Source of the DNA: Alphaproteobacteria bacterium
GTDB lineage: Bacteria > Pseudomonadota > Alphaproteobacteria > RS24
Reading direction: 5' to 3'
NCBI GenBank assembly: GCA_029248825.1
Contig: JAQWIP010000102.1
Location: 12,847-76,846 of the forward strand
DNA length: 64,000 nucleotides
In this document: positions 58,334 to 64,000 of the stretch, in pieces
Layout: each line of letters starts with the position of its first letter
Position numbering within the stretch: position 1 is the first letter of the stretch
Position numbers and translations under genes: made by a program
Notes under the pieces: model-generated
What the model was told of the DNA's origin: nothing
The model's input: only the letters and a program-made list of their open reading frames with translations
Database searches by the model: none

Positions 58334-59440
58334 TTAATCCAAATCCCCAAAAGCTTGCGTGTCGGGATAATTGCCATCGTCGAGACTATCGTTAAACGCA
58401 TCCAAAAGTTTCTTTTGCGCGCGGCTCAAACCGGTTGGCGTTTCGATGTCGATTTGCACATAAAGGTCGCCGCTGCTGCGCGAGCGCAAAACCGGCATGC
58501 CTTTGCCGCGCAGGCGGAATTGCTGTCCCGCTTGGGCGCCTTCTGGCAGGGTGAGCTTCACTTTTTTGCCGCCCAAAAGCGGCACTTCAATGGCGCCACC
58601 GCGAATGGCGATATGGAAAGGCACGGGCATGGCACAAAATAAATCCGCCCCATCGCGTTGCAAAAACGCATGCGGGCGAAGATTTACAAATACATAAAGA
58701 TCGCCATTGGTGGCGCCTTGTGGCCCCGCATTGCCTTCGCCAGATAAGCGGATGCGGGTGCCGTCTTCGACCCCTGATGGAATGGAAACCGATAGATTGC
58801 GTGTCTCAGAAACGTGCCCACGGCCACTGCAATCGCGGCAGGGGTCGCTGATGGTTTGGCCCGCGCCATTGCACTGATGGCAGGTGCGCTCGACCATAAA
58901 GAAGCCTTGTTGGGCGCGCACTTTGCCGTGTCCTTGACACAGCGAACAGGTCATCGGTTTGCTGCCTGCGTTGGCGCCCGAGCCGGCGCATGTGCCGCAA
59001 GCGGCCGCGCGGTTTAATTTCAATTGGCGTTCTGTGCCGTCAAAAGCTTCTTGCAGGCTTATCTCGACTTCGGCGCGTAAATCATCGCCACGGCGAGCCT
59101 GTTGGCGTCTTCCGCCGCCGCCGCGACCGCCGCCGAAAAACTCTTCGAAAATATCGCCCATGCCGCCAAAGTCGCTACCAAAGCCGCCGCCCTGTCCGCC
59201 ACGGCCGCCGCCATTTTCAAAAGCCGCATGGCCGTATTGGTCGTAGGCGGCGCGATTTTGGTCGTCTTTTAAAACCTCATAGGCTTCGGAGACTTCTTTG
59301 AACTTCTGCTCGGCCACCGCATCGCCCGGATTGAGATCGGGGTGATATTGTTTGGCCATCTTGCGATAGGCAGATTTCAGCCCTGCCGCATCGGCAGAAC
59401 GGTCGACGCCCAATAGCTCGTAATAATCGGCCTTCGCCAT
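58334..59440 (-). CDS. dnaJ: molecular chaperone DnaJ
   Basis: J-domain with YHPDLNPGD, a G/F-rich region, and four CxxCxGxG zinc motifs. Confidence 0.97.
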   Translation of the reverse strand: MAKADYYELLGVDRSADAAGLKSAYRKMAKQYHPDLNPGDAVAEQKFKEVSEAYEVLKDDQNRAAYDQYGHAAFENGGGRGGQGGGFGSDFGGMGDIFEEFFGGGRGGGGRRQQARRGDDLRAEVEISLQEAFDGTERQLKLNRAAACGTCAGSGANAGSKPMTCSLCQGHGKVRAQQGFFMVERTCHQCNGAGQTISDPCRDCSGRGHVSETRNLSVSIPSGVEDGTRIRLSGEGNAGPQGATNGDLYVFVNLRPHAFLQRDGADLFCAMPVPFHIAIRGGAIEVPLLGGKKVKLTLPEGAQAGQQFRLRGKGMPVLRSRSSGDLYVQIDIETPTGLSRAQKKLLDAFNDSLDDGNYPDTQAFGDLD

Positions 59441-59486
59441 AACAGGCTTCCTTTTTTAGCGGGCAAACCCCCCGACTTTTGGCGGA

Positions 59487-61415
59487 TTAAGACGCTTTTG
59501 GTTCGCCGTCATCCTCGCCTTTTGGCTCGGTAACATCCTCGAAATCAGCATCCACAACCTTGGCGCCATCTTCATTGGCATCTTGGGCGGCGGCGGCTTC
59601 GCTTTCGGCCTGCTGGGCTTTGTAAACCGCTTCGCCGATTTTCATGGCGGCTTCGCTCAAGGCTTGCGCTTTTTCGTTGATGGCGTCGTGGTCTTCGCCT
59701 TCCAAGGCTTCCTTCAAATCGGCAATCGCCGCTTCGGTGGCTTCCTTGTCGCCGGCTTCGATGAGGCTTTCATTTTCCACAATCGATTTCTCGGTGGCAT
59801 GAATAAGCCCCTCGGCATTATTGCGCGCTTCCACCTGCTCGCGGCGGTCTTTATCTTCTGCGGCATTGGCTTCGGCGTCTTTGACCATTTGCTCGATGTC
59901 CTCATCGGACAAACCGCCCGAGGCTTCGATGCGAATATTTTGTTCTTTGCCGGTCGCCTTATCGGCGGCCGAAACATTGACCAAACCATTGGCATCAATA
60001 TCGAAAGTCACTTCGATTTGCGGCACCCCGCGCGGCGATGGCGGAATGCCTTCGAGGTTAAATTGACCCAGCGCCTTATTATCGGCAGCCATTTCGCGTT
60101 CGCCTTGGCAAACCGCAATGGTCACGGCCGATTGATTGTCATCGGCGGTGGAGAACACTTGGCTCTTTTTGGTCGGGATGGTGGTATTGCGATCGATGAG
60201 ACGGGTAAATACACCCCCCAAAGTTTCAATGCCCAAAGACAAAGGCGTCACGTCGAGCAGCAGCACGTCTTTGACGTCGCCTTGCAAAACACCGGCCTGA
60301 ATGGTGGCGCCCATGGCGACCACTTCATCGGGGTTCACGCTCATATTGGGCTCTTTGCCGAACACATCTTTCACAAAATCGCGAATGCGCGGCATGCGGG
60401 TTTGACCGCCCACCAAAACCACTTCGTCGATGTCGCTAATATTAATACCAGCGTCTTTAATGGCGGCCTCGCAAGGCCCGCGCGTGCGTTGCACCAATGT
60501 GTCGACCAGCGATTCAAAGGCGGCGCGCGTCAGCTTTAAGTTCAAATGTTTGGGGCCAGAGGCATCGGCGGTAATAAACGGCAGATTGACCTCGGTTTGT
60601 GCCGAAGCGGATAGCTCAATTTTGGCTTTCTCGGCCGCTTCTTTGAGGCGTTGCAGAGCCAATTTATCGCCGCGCAAATCAATGCCATTTTCTTTATGGA
60701 ACTCATCGGCCAAATGCTCGACGAGGGCCATATCGAAATCTTCGCCACCGAGGAACGTGTCGCCATTGGTGGATTTCACTTCGAAAACCCCATCGCCAAT
60801 TTCCAAAATCGAGACGTCAAATGTGCCGCCGCCAAGGTCATAAACGGCAATGGTTTGGCCGTCGTTTTTATCCAGCCCATAGGCCAGCGCAGCCGCCGTT
60901 GGCTCATTGATAATGCGCAAGACTTCGAGGCCCGCAATTTTGCCCGCATCTTTGGTGGCTTGGCGTTGGGCGTCATTAAAGTAAGCGGGAACGGTAATCA
61001 CCGCTTGGTCGACGCTCTCGCCGAGATAGCCTTCTGCGGTCTCTTTCATTTTTTGCAAAATAAAAGCCGAGACTTGCGATGGCGAATAGCTGTCGCCCAT
61101 GGCTTCTACCCAAGCATCGCCGCCGTCAGAGGCAGTGATTGTATAAGGCACCATGTCGATGTCTTTTTTGGTCGCAGGGTCATTAAAGCGACGGCCAATG
61201 AGGCGCTTGATGGCAAATAAAGTGTTGATCGGATTGGCGACCGCTTGGCGCTTGGCGGGTTGACCGGTCAGGCGTTCGCCCTCTTCGGTAAACGCCACAA
61301 CGGAAGGGGTTGTGCGTGCGCCTTCGGCATTTTCAATCACGCGCGGCGTGCTACCATCCATAACGGCAACACATGAGTTGGTGGTTCCCAAATCAATACC
61401 AATTACTTTGCCCAT
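59487..61415 (-). CDS. dnaK: molecular chaperone DnaK (Hsp70)
   Basis: Start trimmed to [18 protein letters not shown] (ATG 61413-61415). [22 protein letters not shown]. Confidence 0.98.
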   Translation of the reverse strand: MGKVIGIDLGTTNSCVAVMDGSTPRVIENAEGARTTPSVVAFTEEGERLTGQPAKRQAVANPINTLFAIKRLIGRRFNDPATKKDIDMVPYTITASDGGDAWVEAMGDSYSPSQVSAFILQKMKETAEGYLGESVDQAVITVPAYFNDAQRQATKDAGKIAGLEVLRIINEPTAAALAYGLDKNDGQTIAVYDLGGGTFDVSILEIGDGVFEVKSTNGDTFLGGEDFDMALVEHLADEFHKENGIDLRGDKLALQRLKEAAEKAKIELSASAQTEVNLPFITADASGPKHLNLKLTRAAFESLVDTLVQRTRGPCEAAIKDAGINISDIDEVVLVGGQTRMPRIRDFVKDVFGKEPNMSVNPDEVVAMGATIQAGVLQGDVKDVLLLDVTPLSLGIETLGGVFTRLIDRNTTIPTKKSQVFSTADDNQSAVTIAVCQGEREMAADNKALGQFNLEGIPPSPRGVPQIEVTFDIDANGLVNVSAADKATGKEQNIRIEASGGLSDEDIEQMVKDAEANAAEDKDRREQVEARNNAEGLIHATEKSIVENESLIEAGDKEATEAAIADLKEALEGEDHDAINEKAQALSEAAMKIGEAVYKAQQAESEAAAAQDANEDGAKVVDADFEDVTEPKGEDDGEPKAS

Positions 61416-61469
61416 ATTAAGCCTCGTCTCTTTTGCCCGCCAGCGGCGGGTCTGTTTCATCTGGAATTT

Positions 61470-61498
61470 ATATAGGTAGCCAGCGCGGGAGCTACAAG
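61470..61498 (-). promoter_or_regulatory. candidate RpoH (sigma32)-type heat-shock promoter of dnaK
   Basis: The minus strand reads CTTG (61495-61498) - N18 - CCTATAT (61470-61476). From memory, the alphaproteobacterial RpoH consensus is about CTTG-N17-CYTATNT. The element lies ~55 nt upstream of the dnaK ATG. Confidence 0.5.
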
Positions 61499-61600
61499 GC
61501 CTCATCGTCATTTAGACGAGAAAGGCGCTGTTTTTGGCTCCACCCCCTAATTCTTGGGGGTCAACGGAAGCTGGCCGTCTATATGCGGTGCGTCTTAGAA

Positions 61601-62248
61601 TTAATCTTTGGCAATACCAACTTTGGCGGGGCGCAAAAGGCGCTCTTCCATTTGATAGCCGGTTTCAATCACGTCGATAATCGTGCCAGCATCTTGTCCG
61701 GTGCCGGGGGCTTCAAAAAGGGCCTCGTGCAAATTCGGGTCAAATTTCTCGCCCATGGGCGACAGCACTTTCACTTTATGGCGTCCCAAAGCGGCCAATA
61801 AATCGCGCTCGGTGGCGGCCACGCCTTCCAGCACGGCTTGCACGGTTTCGGGCAGCGCGATTTTGGCGGCCGCATCCATTTCGCTGGCGGCTTTGAGGGC
61901 GCGCTGCAAATTATCGGCCACGCCCACCATATCGCGGGCAAAACTCACGGCGCCATATTTTAACGCTTCGGCGCGGTCGCGCTCGGCGCGGCGGCGGGTG
62001 TTTTCCAGCTCGGCCAAAGTGCGCAACACTTGGTCGTTCAAAGTCGCAATCTGCTCTTCTGGTGTCGGCGGTGGAGGGGGCGCGGCTGGCTCGCCATCTT
62101 CTAAATTGGCTTCCAAGGCGGCGTCTTCTTGTGCGTTGGGCGCATCCGCGTTTTGATTTGAGCTTTTATCTGCGTCCTGATTTTCTTCTGGGGAGCTGGT
62201 TTCAGCTTCAGCTTCGTTGATGTCTTTATCGTCGCTCATAATGTCCAC
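61601..62248 (-). CDS. grpE: nucleotide exchange factor GrpE
   Basis: 215 aa. Acidic N-terminus, coiled coil LRTLAELENTRRRAERD, C-terminal FDPNLHEA...GY. Confidence 0.95.
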   Translation of the reverse strand: MDIMSDDKDINEAEAETSSPEENQDADKSSNQNADAPNAQEDAALEANLEDGEPAAPPPPPTPEEQIATLNDQVLRTLAELENTRRRAERDRAEALKYGAVSFARDMVGVADNLQRALKAASEMDAAAKIALPETVQAVLEGVAATERDLLAALGRHKVKVLSPMGEKFDPNLHEALFEAPGTGQDAGTIIDVIETGYQMEERLLRPAKVGIAKD

Positions 62249-62322
62249 TCACGGTTAAGTTTTAAATCACGGTCTGCTGAGCCATACGGGGTCTGCCCGA
62301 CGCGGCTTGTTTATGAGGTTTA

Positions 62323-62350
62323 GGTAGGCGTCCTAGGGGCGCAGGTCAAG
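62323..62350 (-). promoter_or_regulatory. candidate RpoH-type promoter of grpE
   Basis: The minus strand reads CTTG (62347-62350) - N16 - CCTACCTA (62323-62330), ~75 nt upstream of the grpE ATG. The match is weaker than at dnaK. Confidence 0.3.
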
Positions 62351-62505
62351 GGGGCGGGCGAAATCTATTCGATGGCGGCTTGTTTCCCAAAGGCCGACAG
62401 GCTAGATAAGAAGTCCGATAGGTGGGGTAAAACACCGGCAAGATAATCACGCCCGCTTTTCCCGCTTTGCCTGAACCCCGACTTGCCAAAATAAAGGAAT
62501 TCGAA

Positions 62506-63264
62506 ATGACCCAGACTTCTTCCGCCAGCGACACCCAACGCCCTTCGGGTCGCGCCGCCAATCAGTTGCGCGCCGTCAGCCTTGAAACCAATGTGTCCAA
62601 ACATGCCGAAGGCTCGTGCCTCGTGAAATTTGGCGATACGCATGTTCTATGCACCGCCTCGCTGGAAACCCGCGTGCCGCCGTGGTTGCGCGGTCAGGGT
62701 CGCGGTTGGGTAACGGCAGAATATGGCATGTTGCCGCGCTCGACGGGCTCGCGCATGCGCCGCGAAGCCAATGCCGGCAAACAATCGGGTCGCACGCAAG
62801 AAATTCAGCGCCTCATTGGTCGCAGTCTGCGCGCCGTGGTCAATCTCGAAGCTTTGGGCGAAAACCAAATCAGCCTCGACTGCGATGTCATCCAGGCCGA
62901 TGGCGGCACCCGCACAGCCTCGATTACCGGAGCTTGGGTGGCGCTTTATGTCTGCCTCGAAAAAATGAAAGCCGAGGGTCTCTTGTCGGGGGATATTATG
63001 GGCGATGTTTTGCTCGACCAAGTGGCGGCGCTGTCTTGCGGCATTTATGAAGGTCTGCCCGTTGCCGACCTCGATTATGATGAAGATAGTGTGGCCGATA
63101 CAGACGGCAATTTTGTGATGACGGGCGCGGGCAAAATGGTGGAAATTCAAGCCACCGCCGAAGGCGCGGCGTTTGACGAACAAGAGTTCGCGCAAATCAT
63201 GAGCTTGGCCAAAAACGGCATTGCCGAATTGGTCGCTTTGCAGAAGAAAACCGTAGGTCTGTAA
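62506..63264 (+). CDS. rph: ribonuclease PH
   Basis: Start trimmed to MTQTSSA (ATG 62506). [44 protein letters not shown]. Confidence 0.96.
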   Translation: MTQTSSASDTQRPSGRAANQLRAVSLETNVSKHAEGSCLVKFGDTHVLCTASLETRVPPWLRGQGRGWVTAEYGMLPRSTGSRMRREANAGKQSGRTQEIQRLIGRSLRAVVNLEALGENQISLDCDVIQADGGTRTASITGAWVALYVCLEKMKAEGLLSGDIMGDVLLDQVAALSCGIYEGLPVADLDYDEDSVADTDGNFVMTGAGKMVEIQATAEGAAFDEQEFAQIMSLAKNGIAELVALQKKTVGL

Positions 63265-63268
63265 GCCC

Positions 63269-63907
63269 ATGGCGAGACGGTTTAGCGAAGACAAGCTCAT
63301 TGTCGCGAGCCATAACAAAGGCAAGCTGGTCGAGATTGCCGAGCTGCTGACGCGTTTCGATGTAGAAACCGTGGGCGCCGACGAGCTGGGTCTGCCCGAG
63401 CCAGAAGAGACCGGCAAAACCTTCCTTGCCAATGCCGAGCTGAAAGCGCTGGCCTCGGCCACCACGGCGGGACTGCCGGCCTTGGCCGATGACAGTGGTT
63501 TGGCGGTCGATGCGCTGGAGGGCGCGCCTGGCATCTATTCGGCGCGTTGGGCCGAAACCCCCAATGGGCGCGATTTTGATTTCGGCATGCATAAAATTGA
63601 AATGGCGATATCGCAAAAACAAAGCGGCGAAACCGCTCCCGTGCCGCGCACGGCACAGTTTATTTGCGCCCTGTCTTTGGCTTGGCCCGATGGCCATGTT
63701 GAAAGTTTTGAAGGCACAGTCGAAGGCACGTTGGTTTGGCCGATGCGCGGCAAAAATGGTTTTGGATATGACCCGATATTCTTGCCGCTTGGGGGCGATT
63801 TAACTTTTGGTGAAATGGCACCCGAAGCCAAACACGCCATGTCGCATCGCGCCGATGCCTTCACGCAATTGGTGGAAGCCTGTTTTGTCGACCGCATCGC
63901 CCGCTAG
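63269..63907 (+). CDS. rdgB: non-canonical purine NTP pyrophosphatase RdgB/HAM1
   Basis: [35 protein letters not shown]. Confidence 0.94.
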   Translation: MARRFSEDKLIVASHNKGKLVEIAELLTRFDVETVGADELGLPEPEETGKTFLANAELKALASATTAGLPALADDSGLAVDALEGAPGIYSARWAETPNGRDFDFGMHKIEMAISQKQSGETAPVPRTAQFICALSLAWPDGHVESFEGTVEGTLVWPMRGKNGFGYDPIFLPLGGDLTFGEMAPEAKHAMSHRADAFTQLVEACFVDRIAR

Positions 63908-63908
63908 C

Positions 63909-64000
63909 TTGCCGCCCCTAGGGGTCTATGTGCATTGGCCGTTTTGCGCTGCCATTTGCCCCTATTGCGATTTCAATGTTCACCTCCTGCGGAACTCGCA
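63909..64000 (+). CDS. hemW: radical SAM heme chaperone HemW / oxygen-independent coproporphyrinogen oxidase-like, N-terminal fragment
   Basis: Reads (L/M)PPLGVYVHWPFCAAICPYCDFNVHLLRNS, with the CxxxCxxC radical-SAM cluster motif. Probable TTG start at 63909, 1 nt after the rdgB stop. Truncated by the window end. Confidence 0.75.
   Translation, partial: MPPLGVYVHWPFCAAICPYCDFNVHLLRNS

Noticed and set aside
59583-60539. 318-aa ORF on the plus strand, antisense to dnaK
   Set aside because: It lies entirely inside the strongly supported dnaK gene. Its translation is low-complexity (G/F/R/A-rich) with no motif. Long stop-free antisense frames are a well-known by-product of hsp70 and GC-rich codon usage.
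1-64000. Scan for CRISPR arrays, IS elements or transposases, integrases, toxin-antitoxin pairs, restriction-modification genes or known phage-defence genes
   Set aside because: No spaced direct-repeat array, terminal inverted repeats, recombinase, or nuclease/ATPase defence-type proteins were recognised in any frame. The window reads as conserved core chromosome. This was a manual read, so short or degenerate elements could have been missed.

Overview
Reading the ORF translations by eye, this looks like an origin-proximal, almost fully coding ~64 kb piece of an alphaproteobacterial chromosome. I count about 68 CDS and one tRNA-Gly(GCC). I saw no rRNA, CRISPR, IS element, integrase or prophage signature. 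Left third: rpe fragment, heparinase II/III-like gene, purH; a tight five-gene exbB-exbD-exbD-(TonB-like anchor fused to VWA)-(768 aa secreted helical protein) operon; two acyl-CoA dehydrogenase-family genes, xthA, an acidic hypothetical, lolA, ftsK, an aminotransferase, amtB with a consensus sigma54 promoter, a UbiH-family hydroxylase, Trm112/Lon-N/thioredoxin-TPR, tRNA-Gly, DUF3422/AhpD-like/two hotdog thioesterases, an orphan OmpR-family regulator divergent from an L,D-transpeptidase-like gene, yggS, a thiE-like gene, and DUF3576-leuS-lptE-holA. Centre: parB-parA-rsmG-mnmG-mnmE with two perfect 16-bp parS palindromes (one embedded in-frame in rsmG), a YyaL-like thioredoxin-domain gene, rho, hemJ and hemE. 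Next comes a 432-bp AT-rich gap carrying DnaA-box-like motifs, which I call the candidate chromosomal origin, flanked by the DUF299 gene, maf, aroE, coaE and dnaQ. Right third: secB, fxsA, Tim44-like, Smr, hisBHAFE, coaA, a PfkB kinase, nth, DUF2244, gpmA, dapB, dnaJ-dnaK, grpE, rph, rdgB and a hemW fragment. The most interesting items are the ExbBD operon whose TonB slot holds a VWA-domain protein, the oriC/parS architecture including the dual-coding parS, and several small regulatory structures. All calls rest on motif recognition in the supplied translations and manual sequence reading; no database search was run. Many ORF-track entries are antisense shadow ORFs or upstream extensions, and I trimmed starts where conserved N-termini and overlaps supported it.
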